From assembly GCA_035270645.1 (NCBI GenBank), contig DATESP010000144.1, positions 1 to 36,883 on the forward strand: DNA of 36,883 nucleotides, written 5' to 3'. Below the pieces are notes generated by a model. The model did no database searches. It was not told the DNA's origin and was given only the letters and a program-made list of their open reading frames with translations. This stretch comes from Mobilitalea sp. GTDB taxonomy: Bacteria > Bacillota > Clostridia > Lachnospirales > Lachnospiraceae. A program made the position numbers and the translations under genes. Positions 17,584-27,409 of the stretch are shown piece by piece (positions within the stretch are counted from its first letter, which is position 1; each line of letters opens with the position of its first letter).

Positions 17584-18900
17584 TTATTTTGTCTCAGTGA
17601 TATACTGGTTCAGGATATTCTCAAGCATTTCCTGTCTGCCGGATTTGTTAGGGGTTGTACCATTCTTAAGTGCATAAGCCTCTAATTCCTTGAAGCCAAC
17701 CTTGCCATCAAGGATATCCTTACCAAGACCATTAGTGTAGCTTGCATAACGATCCGCCTTAAAGTCTTCGAAGGTCTTATCCTCAAGCAGTTTAGCTGCA
17801 ACCTTTAAGCCCCTTGCAAATGCATCCATACCAGCGATATAAGCATAGAATAAATCGTCATCCTGGAAGGAAGCACGACGTACCTTGGAGTCAAAGTTTA
17901 AGCCACCCTTGTTCAATCCACCATTAAGAAGGATTTCATACATAGCAAGTGTTGTATCATATACATTAGTCGGGAATTGGTCTGTATCCCATCCAAGCAT
18001 CGGATCACCTGTATTAGCATCTACGCTACCTAATACTCCATTGATTCTGCTTACGCAAAGCTCATGCTGGAAGGTATGCTGTGCTAAGGTCGCATGGTTT
18101 GCTTCGATGTTCATCTTGAAGTCATCCTGTAAATTGTACTTTCTCAAGAATGCAAGTACAGTTGAAGCGTCGAAGTCATACTGATGCTTTGTAGGTTCCT
18201 TTGGCTTAGGCTCGATTAAGAACTGACCGGTAAATCCGATCTCCTTAGCATAATCAACTGCCATCTGCAATAACCTTGCAAGGTTATCTAACTCTAATCC
18301 CATATCAGTATTTAACAAGGTTTCATAGCCTTCACGACCGCCCCAGAATACATAGTTAACACCGCCTAATTCCTTGGTGATCTCCATAGCCTTCTTAATC
18401 TGAGCAGCTGCATAAGCAAATACTGTTGCATTGCAGGAGGTTCCAGCGCCATGAACAAATTTATCATCGCCAAATGCATTGGTAGTACCCCATAAGCATT
18501 TGATACCGGTACGCTTCATCTCTTCTTTTATAACTGCTACAATCTCATCAAGATTTTTATTGGTCTGCTCTAAGGTCTCTGCTCTTGGAGCGATATCTGC
18601 ATCATGGAAGCAGAAGAAAGGAATCTGTAATTTCTCCATTAATTCAAAGGATGCATAAACTCTTTCCTTAGCTCTCTTCATAGCATCTGCTGTCTGATCC
18701 CATTCACGGTGCATGGTTGAGCCACCAAACGGGTCATTACCCATATATGTCAGGGTATGCCAATAAGACATCGCAAATCTGAGCTGCTCCTTCATGGTCT
18801 TACCCATAACTACTTCCTCGGGGTTGTAGTATTTAAATGCTAGCTGGTTTTTACTTTGAGGTCCTTCATAGTTGATTTTTCCTACGTTAAAATAAGCCAT
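17584..18900 (-). CDS. xylA: Xylose isomerase (class II)
   Basis: [57 protein letters not shown] 18900 with AAGGAGG RBS. Confidence 0.97.
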   Translation of the reverse strand: MAYFNVGKINYEGPQSKNQLAFKYYNPEEVVMGKTMKEQLRFAMSYWHTLTYMGNDPFGGSTMHREWDQTADAMKRAKERVYASFELMEKLQIPFFCFHDADIAPRAETLEQTNKNLDEIVAVIKEEMKRTGIKCLWGTTNAFGDDKFVHGAGTSCNATVFAYAAAQIKKAMEITKELGGVNYVFWGGREGYETLLNTDMGLELDNLARLLQMAVDYAKEIGFTGQFLIEPKPKEPTKHQYDFDASTVLAFLRKYNLQDDFKMNIEANHATLAQHTFQHELCVSRINGVLGSVDANTGDPMLGWDTDQFPTNVYDTTLAMYEILLNGGLNKGGLNFDSKVRRASFQDDDLFYAYIAGMDAFARGLKVAAKLLEDKTFEDFKADRYASYTNGLGKDILDGKVGFKELEAYALKNGTTPNKSGRQEMLENILNQYITETK

Positions 18901-19087
18901 AATAAATATCCTCCTTTTATAATTTATAAATATTAGTATCACTTATTACCTTCACAGTATTAGGGCATCCTATAATGCCATTTACATAAAAGAAATATAG
19001 CAATACAAATATTTAAATTTAGTTTCATGATGCTGTCATAAGCATCTCGGAAAATGTACTAAAACAAGACTCAAATTCCTTAAAATA

Positions 19088-19144
19088 ATTATAATGCCTT
19101 TTAGTAAATATTTCAACTATTAATTTGTAAATTAATTAAACTAA
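19088..19144 (-). promoter_or_regulatory. xylA SigA promoter with a ROK/XylR-like operator
   Basis: TTGAAA-17-TATAAT (19116-19088); 25-bp TTAGTTTAATTAATTTACAAATTAA (19144-19120) resembles the TTAGTTT...AAACTAA XylR operator. Confidence 0.6.
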
Positions 19145-19158
19145 TTCAAAAAAACCAG

Positions 19159-20319
19159 TCATTCCAAGAGTTTTTTTACATTTAGCAATCCCCAACCCTG
19201 CTTCTCCCAGTGCTGTCCAAGATCAGTTGCGCTACTGCGAAGCCGTAGCTTTACTTCCCTGTTCGTATACTCTGGGTGTGCCGACAATAGAAGTGCAATC
19301 GCTCCCGAAACCACTGGAGTCGCCATAGAGGTACCGCTTTTGATGGTGTACATCATTGGTGAGTCAGTTGTCTTTATTTTTACCTCTCCACCCTTTTCTC
19401 TGCCGATAACACGATTGAAATTACAGGATATGATACTTGAGCCCGGTGCAACTATATCCGGCTTCTTGATACAGTAGGGAGTTGGACCCCTTCCAGAATA
19501 GTCCTTTGCACGAGTGCCGAACACTTCCACTGACACGTTGTCATCTGACGAACCGACTGTGATAACCTTCCTACTGATACCTGGGGTCGATATTGACATA
19601 GGGCCGGGTCCATTATTTCCTGCTGCTACGACAACGATGATACCGCTATCCCAAACTGCATTCACGCCCTGTACCAAAAGTGAGTTTTCATCCAGATTAT
19701 CCTTTGCGGAGGTTCCCACACTGATATTAACAATACGGATATTATGCTCCTTACGGTGATCAATTATCCACTGAAGTCCTGCCAAGACATCAGAAATATT
19801 TCCATCGCCCTTTTGATCAAGAACCTTAATAACGATAAAATTGCAGTCCGGTGCTACACCGGCGTATTTTCCCTTAGAAGAATAGCCGTTTCCACCGATA
19901 ATACCCGCCACATGGGTACCGTGCCCATTATCGTCATAGGGCTCTTGTTTTCCACTAATAAAATCCTTAAAGGCGATAACCCGGTTACCGCCTTCTATAA
20001 AATCCTTATGAAGACTGATTCCTGTATCGACGATGGCCACCCCAACACCCTGACCAGTGAAGCCATTCTCATGCGCCCAACCGCTTTCGATAACATCACT
20101 GACCCTGTTCATCTGTGCTGTGATATGGGTATCCATCTCAATACTGATTAATCCGTCCAGCTGTCTGATATTGTCCAGCTTGTTTTCTTCTATCTCAATT
20201 ACATAGGCATTAATCATTGGTAGCCTATACTTAATGTGCCCCAGTTTTTCCATGGTTACTAATCTATCTTCGTATTCGCTACAATGAATGATAATCTGAA
20301 TTCTATGATTTTTCTCCAT
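19159..20319 (-). CDS. S8 subtilisin-like serine protease, AprX-like, no signal peptide
   Basis: Catalytic triad motifs VAIVDTG, NGHGTHVAG, SGTSMATP; AAGN oxyanion motif. Confidence 0.9.
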   Translation of the reverse strand: MEKNHRIQIIIHCSEYEDRLVTMEKLGHIKYRLPMINAYVIEIEENKLDNIRQLDGLISIEMDTHITAQMNRVSDVIESGWAHENGFTGQGVGVAIVDTGISLHKDFIEGGNRVIAFKDFISGKQEPYDDNGHGTHVAGIIGGNGYSSKGKYAGVAPDCNFIVIKVLDQKGDGNISDVLAGLQWIIDHRKEHNIRIVNISVGTSAKDNLDENSLLVQGVNAVWDSGIIVVVAAGNNGPGPMSISTPGISRKVITVGSSDDNVSVEVFGTRAKDYSGRGPTPYCIKKPDIVAPGSSIISCNFNRVIGREKGGEVKIKTTDSPMMYTIKSGTSMATPVVSGAIALLLSAHPEYTNREVKLRLRSSATDLGQHWEKQGWGLLNVKKLLE

Positions 20320-20482
20320 TCATAAACTCCGCTTTTTGTAATATCCTATTCCGAAAGCTTTATCAATATACTTACCCGAGGCATTTCAATCAATAATCAA
20401 GGTTCTCGAACTAATTTTGTGAATTCTTCTAGAGGGCCACCATTGCTCCCATACAGCTATACCTTCCGTACAATGTATATAT

Positions 20483-20518
20483 AAAAAAACACCCTGGATT
20501 TATATAAACCGGGATGTT
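20483..20518 (-). terminator. Terminator of the AraC-family gene
   Basis: Minus strand AACATCCCGG...CCAGGGTGTT followed by a T tract. Confidence 0.6.
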
Positions 20519-20530
20519 CATAAATTAATT

Positions 20531-21427
20531 TTAATTGTTGATTCTGCGATATTCTGACGGAGTTATCTTAATTTCTTTCTTAAAAACTTTGCTGAAATAA
20601 CTGATATCACTAAAGCCTGTCCGCTCAGCAATCTCCTCCAAAGAGAGCTGAGTATCCCGAAGGAGTGTTGAGGCCATACCCAGGCGCATCTGAACAAGAT
20701 ACCGGTTAATCGATTGTCCGGTATGCTTTTTGAATTCAGTAAGTAGTGAGGTTCGGTTCGTATGAAACTCCCCTGCAAGGTGTTCTATAGTTATTTTCTG
20801 GCTGTAACTTGATTGCAGATAGTATATTATATCTGCTGCCAACTTTGAACGACCATCAAAAGGTTGTATACTTTTTACCGGTTCTTCCTCCTGCCTAACC
20901 AGACAGAACAGTATCTCAAACAGGTAGGATCGGCTTCTGCAGGGCCATGATATATTATCCTGACCTTCTAGTTCATACTTAATTTTCTTCAGCTTATATT
21001 CAATCATATCCGAATCATGTGCTCTAAGGGGCAATATCTTAATATTTACCGGCGCCTTGTGCATAAATTGATTCAAATAAAAAAGATCCTGAAACTGCGT
21101 CAATGACAGCGCGGGATTCATATTATTAATAACATCAATTTTAAAAGCCACATTAACTACTGAAGGTTGAAAAATTATAACCCAAACAGAAGTCTCCGGA
21201 GTATCATAGAAGGTAATGTTATCCACATCATTCAAACAAATCGCATGAGCACCTGTTAATACATACTCCTCCTGATCCAGTACAAAATGCAGTGTACCTG
21301 TCTTCACGTAAAGTACTTTATAATAATTCTCGGCATCCTTCTCGCGAAGAACAGACAGATCATCTGTAATAGTCATCGGTAATATGTAGTCGTGAAAATA
21401 ATTAATACCTAGAGTATATAGCCGCAT
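20531..21427 (-). CDS. AraC-family transcriptional regulator
   Basis: C-terminal double HTH (SLEEIAERTGFSDISYFSKVFKK...TPSEYR). Confidence 0.92.
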   Translation of the reverse strand: MRLYTLGINYFHDYILPMTITDDLSVLREKDAENYYKVLYVKTGTLHFVLDQEEYVLTGAHAICLNDVDNITFYDTPETSVWVIIFQPSVVNVAFKIDVINNMNPALSLTQFQDLFYLNQFMHKAPVNIKILPLRAHDSDMIEYKLKKIKYELEGQDNISWPCRSRSYLFEILFCLVRQEEEPVKSIQPFDGRSKLAADIIYYLQSSYSQKITIEHLAGEFHTNRTSLLTEFKKHTGQSINRYLVQMRLGMASTLLRDTQLSLEEIAERTGFSDISYFSKVFKKEIKITPSEYRRINN

Positions 21428-21459
21428 AATAAAGACACCTTCTATTAATATTTTAAATA

Positions 21460-21488
21460 ATTATAATAAATAAAAGGTGTCTTGTCAA
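21460..21488 (-). promoter_or_regulatory. Consensus SigA promoter of the AraC-family gene
   Basis: TTGACA-17-TATAAT. Confidence 0.75.
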
Positions 21489-21511
21489 ACAAGTAAATTA
21501 CATGCTATATG

Positions 21512-22504
21512 CTAATATTTATGGTTGTTTTCGATTAAATACATATTCATAGTTGTACTCGGTAAATCTTCCTTGGATATCTCCAATATGTTTTCAAAAT
21601 ATATTATTTCACCATATCTATCTTCTAACACTGGAATTGTATTAGCTGTATAGTGTGTCGGTATTATAATCTTAGGGTTCAACTGCTCTATCATAGTAAA
21701 ACCCTTCTCATTTTGTAATGTCATATTAGAGTAACTGTTTTCAAACTGCATGAATGCGATATCTATCTCGCCCAATTGCGTCAACTGTTCTTCTGTAATC
21801 ACACTCTGTCCGATATCTCCCATATGTGCAATACGCAGTCCATCAACTTCAAATACGAAGAGCACGTTGTTTGGTACCTCAGCTATGTTGTCACCGTCAT
21901 GGGCAGATGCAATACTATAAATATGGAAATCTGTCGTATCTATCTCTCCCATCTTACTAATCAATTTCTGACACTCATATTTATCAGTAAAAATATTATC
22001 CATATGGTCTGGATGTGAATGAGTAGACAAGATAGCCGCAGGGTTAATATCAACAACATCAGTTGATGGCATGACTGTAGGATCGACAACTACATTTTCG
22101 CCATTTATTGAAGATATTATATAGGTATTATACTTGTATGCTGAGTTAGCAGATACTGTCTGAATTCTTACCTTACTACTACTATTAGTAACCATAGGTA
22201 ACCACAGTTCCAGATTACTGGTTTCTTCCTTTGACAATTTCACTTCCACCTCAGTTTCTATTTCAATCTCTTCTTTGTCCTCTGCCTTAGTGTCCACGTT
22301 AGTATCATCATCGGTTTTCTCTTCATCAGTTTTCTCAATTGATGTAATATTCTCCTCAGGTTCATCTGTTATACTTTCATTAGCATCGTCTATCTTGTTC
22401 TCGGTTTCTTTTACTTTTGACGCATCATTTCCGTTGTCCTTCTGTGAGCAGCCCTGAAGTACGCATGCTACGATCAACATTATAACTACAATATATCTTT
22501 TCAT
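21512..22504 (-). CDS. Lipoprotein with a metallo-beta-lactamase-fold (UlaG-like) hydrolase domain
   Basis: Lipobox LQGC, acidic linker, VVDP, THSHPDH, HMGDIG, IIPTHY. Confidence 0.85.
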   Translation of the reverse strand: MKRYIVVIMLIVACVLQGCSQKDNGNDASKVKETENKIDDANESITDEPEENITSIEKTDEEKTDDDTNVDTKAEDKEEIEIETEVEVKLSKEETSNLELWLPMVTNSSSKVRIQTVSANSAYKYNTYIISSINGENVVVDPTVMPSTDVVDINPAAILSTHSHPDHMDNIFTDKYECQKLISKMGEIDTTDFHIYSIASAHDGDNIAEVPNNVLFVFEVDGLRIAHMGDIGQSVITEEQLTQLGEIDIAFMQFENSYSNMTLQNEKGFTMIEQLNPKIIIPTHYTANTIPVLEDRYGEIIYFENILEISKEDLPSTTMNMYLIENNHKY

Positions 22505-22716
22505 CTAATCCCTCCAATTGATTTCTTTAAAGTGAATCATAGCACGATAAGAGGATTTATCCCATGTAATAATAGCAATATGATTTGTAAAATAATTCAC
22601 TTTAGCCATTACATACCCTCCTTTCTAACATTTTCAATATTAATTTTCGGAAATAGGAAATCAGTCAAGCCAATCTTCATATGATACATTGTAATTAATA
22701 TTATGGAGGAAATACT

Positions 22717-22947
22717 ATGAGCGATTTATCAGCAACACATTGCGACAACGGCATAAGGGGAGGCAATGATGGTTGTGGAAGCCTTCTTCTGATCATCTTA
22801 TTACTTTGCTGCTGTGGTGGCAATGATCGCGGTGGTATCTTTGGCGGAGGCGGCGGATGTGGTGATGGCGATAGTGGCTGTGGAAGCATTATCTTTATTA
22901 TCCTTATTCTCTGCTGCTGCGGCGGAAATGGCGGAGGCTTCTTCTAA
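22717..22947 (+). CDS. Small Cys/Gly-rich two-repeat hydrophobic protein
   Basis: GGAGG RBS, own terminator, two GCGS-hydrophobic-CCCGGN repeats. Confidence 0.85.
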   Translation: MSDLSATHCDNGIRGGNDGCGSLLLIILLLCCCGGNDRGGIFGGGGGCGDGDSGCGSIIFIILILCCCGGNGGGFF

Positions 22948-22995
22948 AGAAGAGACTTATTACTTAACCGGTTTCACTTCCGTACACAAAGCAAG

Positions 22996-23025
22996 AAAAA
23001 AGCTGCGTTATGCGCAGCTTTTTTT
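22996..23025. terminator. Bidirectional intrinsic terminator
   Basis: AAAAAAGCTGCG-TTATG-CGCAGCTTTTTTT between two convergent small genes. Confidence 0.88.
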
Positions 23026-23029
23026 ATAA

Positions 23030-23236
23030 CTATTTTTTCTTTTTCTGTTTTTTCAGACGTTCAAAGCAATCACGATCGACCTCATATATCGTGTTATCCT
23101 CAATAATAAGATCCTCATCTCTCTTCCCTGTATTTTTCATATTCAAATCGGTAGTAGTAGCCTCCCACTCGGAAAGTTTTTTCTTATCATAATTAAATCC
23201 GTCAGTATTACCCGGATGATAAAATTGATTATCCAT
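23030..23236 (-). CDS. Small hypothetical protein (68 aa)
   Basis: GAGG RBS; ends at the shared terminator; DLIIEDNTIYEVDRDC core and a Lys-rich tail. Confidence 0.65.
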   Translation of the reverse strand: MDNQFYHPGNTDGFNYDKKKLSEWEATTTDLNMKNTGKRDEDLIIEDNTIYEVDRDCFERLKKQKKKK

Positions 23237-23385
23237 TACGGCCTCATAATTATATCGTCATTTCAATATATGATTCTATATTTGAAACGTCCGTGTCCCA
23301 GGCCATTGAAACTAATATGATTAACTCTCAAATTTTTGAAGATGGATTTTTATCCGACTCAGAAAATCTCGAATAAAATAAGTTA

Positions 23386-23414
23386 TTGAAACAGCTATAC
23401 TTTTCCTATATACT
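23386..23414 (+). promoter_or_regulatory. SigA promoter of aroC
   Basis: TTGAAA-17-TATACT. Confidence 0.65.
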
Positions 23415-23446
23415 ATGGATAAGTTGTATTGAAAGGAGTTATGTAT

Positions 23447-24550
23447 ATGTCAGGATCAATCTATGGCAACAGCTTTGTCATATCAACCTGGGGAGAATCC
23501 CATGGGGAGGGTATTGGAGTCGTTATTGACGGCTGCCCTGCCGGTTTGCAATTAAATGAAGATATAATTCAGGCTCATCTTAATAGAAGAAAGCCAGGTC
23601 AAACAGAATATTCAACACCGAGGAAGGAAAACGACAAGCTTAGGATTTTATCAGGAATCTTTGAAGGACTAACTACCGGAACACCGATTTCTCTAGTTGT
23701 ATACAATGAAAATCATCGTCCTTATGATTATTCTGAGATTGCCGGATATTACCGCCCCGGCCACGCTGATTATACCTTTGACCAAAAATATGGTTTTCGG
23801 GATTACCGTGGCGGTGGACGCTCCTCCGGACGTGAAACGACCGGCAGAGTTGCTGCTGGTGCAGTTGCCGATGCGATTTTAAAAGAGCTCGGAATCTCAG
23901 TATATTCTTATACAAAATCTATCGGCCCCGTAACCATAGATTATCAAAAATGTAGAAAAGAACTAACAGGTTCAAGTCCCTTAAATATGCCTGATATGGA
24001 AGCCTCTAAGAAAGCTGAAGCATATATTAAGGAACAGATGGAGGACCACAACTCTGTTGGTGGTGTGATAGAATGTATCGTAACTGGAATGCCTGCAGGC
24101 ATCGGACAGCCGGTATTTGATAAGCTGGATGCGGTCTTAGCAAAAGCCATCATGTCTATAGGAGCAGTCAAGGGTGTAGAAATAGGTGACGGCTTTGCGG
24201 TAGCATCTAAGACTGGTTATGAAAATAATGATTCGTTTTTCTATAATAATGATGGAAAGCTTACAAAACTCAGCAACCATGCAGGTGGAATCCTCGGTGG
24301 AATTAGTGATGGTACAGAAATCGTCCTGCGAGCTGCTATAAAGCCAACTGCTTCCATCGCAAAGCCTCAACGCAGCGTAAATAAGAATAATGAGAACGTT
24401 GAAATAGAGATACAGGGACGGCATGACCCAATTATAGTACCACGAGCAGTCGTAGTTGTGGAATCAATGGTAGCCATAACACTGGTAGATTACTTATTTC
24501 AGAACATGACTGCTAAAATGGATAAAATCAAGAAGTTTTACAAAAACTGA
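23447..24550 (+). CDS. aroC: Chorismate synthase
   Basis: TWGESHG, RPGHAD, GGGRSSGRET, SNHAGGILGGIS, GRHDP. ATG 23447 with AAGGAG RBS. Confidence 0.97.
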   Translation: MSGSIYGNSFVISTWGESHGEGIGVVIDGCPAGLQLNEDIIQAHLNRRKPGQTEYSTPRKENDKLRILSGIFEGLTTGTPISLVVYNENHRPYDYSEIAGYYRPGHADYTFDQKYGFRDYRGGGRSSGRETTGRVAAGAVADAILKELGISVYSYTKSIGPVTIDYQKCRKELTGSSPLNMPDMEASKKAEAYIKEQMEDHNSVGGVIECIVTGMPAGIGQPVFDKLDAVLAKAIMSIGAVKGVEIGDGFAVASKTGYENNDSFFYNNDGKLTKLSNHAGGILGGISDGTEIVLRAAIKPTASIAKPQRSVNKNNENVEIEIQGRHDPIIVPRAVVVVESMVAITLVDYLFQNMTAKMDKIKKFYKN

Positions 24551-24619
24551 GTATGTGAGGCTGTATCCTCAGAGAATTGGCGTGCACAAATACCGGTATT
24601 TTTTACTTCAATCAAATTA

Positions 24620-24699
24620 CAGGCAGGTGGCTGTACCGTAGATTCAGACATAGTGTTTTCTATGCTTGAGTCTAGCGTACACCTCCCTGCCTGATTTTT
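24620..24699 (+). terminator. Long imperfect hairpin plus T tract downstream of aroC
   Basis: CAGGCAGG..GTAC..TAGATTCA..CATAG / CTATG..TGAGTCTA..GTAC..CCTGCCTG then ATTTTT. Confidence 0.55.
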
Positions 24700-24760
24700 A
24701 TAAATATTATTTTTTATTTGACTTAATAAAGGTATTTCTTATTTGATTTTCTAAAAGGTA

Positions 24761-24818
24761 TTGACAATCCTATTAATATACGTATAATTTAATTATTGTT
24801 TGTTTAGCAAGGCTAAAC
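24761..24818 (+). promoter_or_regulatory. Promoter and palindromic operator of the XRE-potABCD operon
   Basis: TTGACA-16-TATAAT; GTTTAGC-AAG-GCTAAAC at 24802-24818. Confidence 0.7.
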
Positions 24819-24859
24819 TTTAAGTTTATTCATTGTAAGAATTTATAAGGGAGGTATAC

Positions 24860-25408
24860 GTGGAGCTTATGCATATCGGAACGAAAATCAAGGAATTGCG
24901 AACACAAAAAAGCTTGACACAGGAGGAGCTTGCGGACAGGGCTGAATTATCTAAGGGATTTATCTCTCAGCTGGAACGTGATCTGACCTCCCCTTCTATC
25001 GCTACCCTCGTAGATATACTCCAATGCTTGGGTACTAACCTAGAGGAGTTCTTCAGCGGAACCACAGCAGAACAGGTTGTATTTAAGAAAACTGATTACT
25101 TTGAAAAATATGATGCTGAGCTTAAAAATGAAGTAAAGTGGATTATTCCAAATGCCCAGAAAAATATGATGGAGCCCATCCTGTTAACTCTGGATGCTGG
25201 TGGCTCTACCTACCCCGACAATCCTCATGAGGGAGAAGAATTCGGTTACATCCTTAATGGAAGCATTACTCTCCTTATTGGTAACCGTACCTTCAAAGTG
25301 AGAAAAGGTGAGTCCTTTTATTTTACCGCGAATAAAAAACATTATATTGTAGCATCTGAGAAAACCGGTGCCACCCTTTTATGGGTATCTACACCCCCAA
25401 GCTTTTGA
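24860..25408 (+). CDS. XRE-family HTH plus cupin regulator (PuuR-like)
   Basis: LTQEELADRAELSKGFISQLER..TSPSIATL; cupin motif HEGEEFGYIL; first gene of the pot operon. Confidence 0.9.
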   Translation: MELMHIGTKIKELRTQKSLTQEELADRAELSKGFISQLERDLTSPSIATLVDILQCLGTNLEEFFSGTTAEQVVFKKTDYFEKYDAELKNEVKWIIPNAQKNMMEPILLTLDAGGSTYPDNPHEGEEFGYILNGSITLLIGNRTFKVRKGESFYFTANKKHYIVASEKTGATLLWVSTPPSF

Positions 25409-25433
25409 CTCAATAAATTAGGAGATGCCAATC

Positions 25434-26510
25434 ATGACGGATAACAAATTAATCAACCTTATTAATATATCAAAGTCCTTCGGCGAAACAGTCGTGTTGG
25501 ATGAAATGAATCTATATATACGCGAAAATGAATTTTTAACCCTACTTGGCCCTTCCGGTTGTGGCAAGACCACTACCCTGCGGATTATTGGTGGATTTGA
25601 AAATCCAGATAGCGGACAAGTAGTATTTGAAGGAAAAGACATTACTAAGCGTCCTCCCAATGAACGGCAGCTTAATACTGTATTTCAAAAATATGCTCTG
25701 TTTAATCATTTAACTATAGCAGATAATATTGCGTTCGGCCTGAAAATAAAAAAGAAAAGTAAAGCATATATTGATGACAAGATAAAATATGCCCTCAAGC
25801 TGGTTAATCTTGATGGCTTTGAAAACCGTACACCTGCCTCCTTAAGCGGCGGCCAGCAGCAAAGAATCGCGATTGCTAGGGCTATTGTAAATGAGCCTAA
25901 GGTTCTACTGCTCGATGAGCCTCTCGGTGCATTAGATTTAAAGCTTCGGCAGGACATGCAGTATGAGTTAATCCGGTTGAAAAACGAACTTGGTATAACC
26001 TTCATCTATGTCACCCATGACCAGGAAGAAGCTCTTACCATGTCAGATACTATCGTTGTTATGAATCAGGGCTATATACAGCAAATTGGGACCCCTGAGA
26101 AGATTTACAACGAACCAACCAATGCCTTTGTGGCAGACTTTATTGGTGACAGTAATATACTACCCTCCACGATGGTTCAGGATCGTCTAGTAAATATACT
26201 TGGCACAAATTTTGCATGTGTCGATGTCGGCTTTGGAAAAGACAAACCCGTTGATGTCGTTATCCGCCCTGAAGATATCGATCTGGTAAAACCAGAGGAA
26301 GGTTCCATATCCGGAATCGTAACCTCTCTACTCTTTAAGGGAGTTCATTACGAGATGGAGGTCACAGCAAATGGGCATGAATGGCTGGTACACTCTACTG
26401 ACTTGTTCCCCGTGGGAAGCAAAGTTGGTATCAAGGTAGATCCCTTTGATATCCAGATTATGAATAAACCGGAATCAGAGGATGAAGAGGCAGTAGAGAT
26501 TGAAATATGA
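25434..26510 (+). CDS. potA: Spermidine/putrescine ABC transporter ATPase
   Basis: [39 protein letters not shown] domain. Confidence 0.93.
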   Translation: MTDNKLINLINISKSFGETVVLDEMNLYIRENEFLTLLGPSGCGKTTTLRIIGGFENPDSGQVVFEGKDITKRPPNERQLNTVFQKYALFNHLTIADNIAFGLKIKKKSKAYIDDKIKYALKLVNLDGFENRTPASLSGGQQQRIAIARAIVNEPKVLLLDEPLGALDLKLRQDMQYELIRLKNELGITFIYVTHDQEEALTMSDTIVVMNQGYIQQIGTPEKIYNEPTNAFVADFIGDSNILPSTMVQDRLVNILGTNFACVDVGFGKDKPVDVVIRPEDIDLVKPEEGSISGIVTSLLFKGVHYEMEVTANGHEWLVHSTDLFPVGSKVGIKVDPFDIQIMNKPESEDEEAVEIEI

Positions 26511-26521
26511 GGTGAAGTATA

Positions 26522-27409
26522 ATGATTATCAAAAACAATATACGTAACTGGAATGAGAGGGCACCTAAACAGGAAAAAGAACACACCTCCCACCGGATAA
26601 ATAGCATGAAGTGGCTATCCTTCCCTTATATCCTATGGATGACCGGGTTTATCATAATTCCCCTGATTATGATATTTTTCTACGGATTTACAGGGAAAGA
26701 GGGTGGGTTCACACTTACAAACATCACCCTTATTGCTAATCCTGTTAACCTTAAGGCATTGCTCCTGGCACTTAGGCTCTCTATAATCAGTACATTAATC
26801 TGCCTACTGCTTGCCTATCCGCTTGCAATGATACTAAGTAAAGTGAAAATGAAGAGCAATAGCTTTATCGTATTGATTATAGTCCTCCCAATGTGGATGA
26901 ACTTTCTGCTTCGGACTATTGCATGGCAGAATATACTAGAACGAACCGGAATCCTAAATAAAGTGCTGGAATTCCTGCATTTACCCACTTTAAATATCAT
27001 CAATACACCTACAGCCATAATACTAGGTATGGTTTATAACTTCCTGCCTTTTATGATTCTTCCTATCTATAATGTACTAATTAAAATTGATAAAGACATT
27101 GTCAGCGCAGCGAGGGACCTTGGTGCTAGTGGCTGGCAGACCTTTATGAAGATTATATTTCCTCTAAGTCTGCCGGGTGTAATCAGCGGTATAACTATGG
27201 TATTTGTGCCATCTCTAACCACTTTTGTTATATCAACCATCCTTGGCGGTAGCAAGATTGTTCTGATCGGTAATGTGATTGAGCAGCAATTCAGACTCGG
27301 GAACTGGCATACCGGTTCCGGCCTATCCCTAGTATTAATGATTTTCATTTTATTAAGCATGGCCGTCCTTTCGAAATATGATAAGGAAAGCGAGGGTAAT
27401 CTATGGTAA
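26522..27409 (+). CDS. potB: Spermidine/putrescine ABC permease
   Basis: LAYPLA, PMWMNFLLRT, YNFLPFMILP, AARDLGA. Confidence 0.92.
   Translation: MIIKNNIRNWNERAPKQEKEHTSHRINSMKWLSFPYILWMTGFIIIPLIMIFFYGFTGKEGGFTLTNITLIANPVNLKALLLALRLSIISTLICLLLAYPLAMILSKVKMKSNSFIVLIIVLPMWMNFLLRTIAWQNILERTGILNKVLEFLHLPTLNIINTPTAIILGMVYNFLPFMILPIYNVLIKIDKDIVSAARDLGASGWQTFMKIIFPLSLPGVISGITMVFVPSLTTFVISTILGGSKIVLIGNVIEQQFRLGNWHTGSGLSLVLMIFILLSMAVLSKYDKESEGNLW

Noticed and set aside
20440-20490. SigK/SigE promoter for the S8 protease
   Set aside because: Only a poor -10 match in AT-rich sequence.
19159-22947. RiPP/bacteriocin cluster (Cys-rich peptide, S8 protease, ABC exporters)
   Set aside because: No radical SAM, LanM/LanBC or YcaO enzyme, the genes are not co-transcribed, and the protease lacks a signal peptide.
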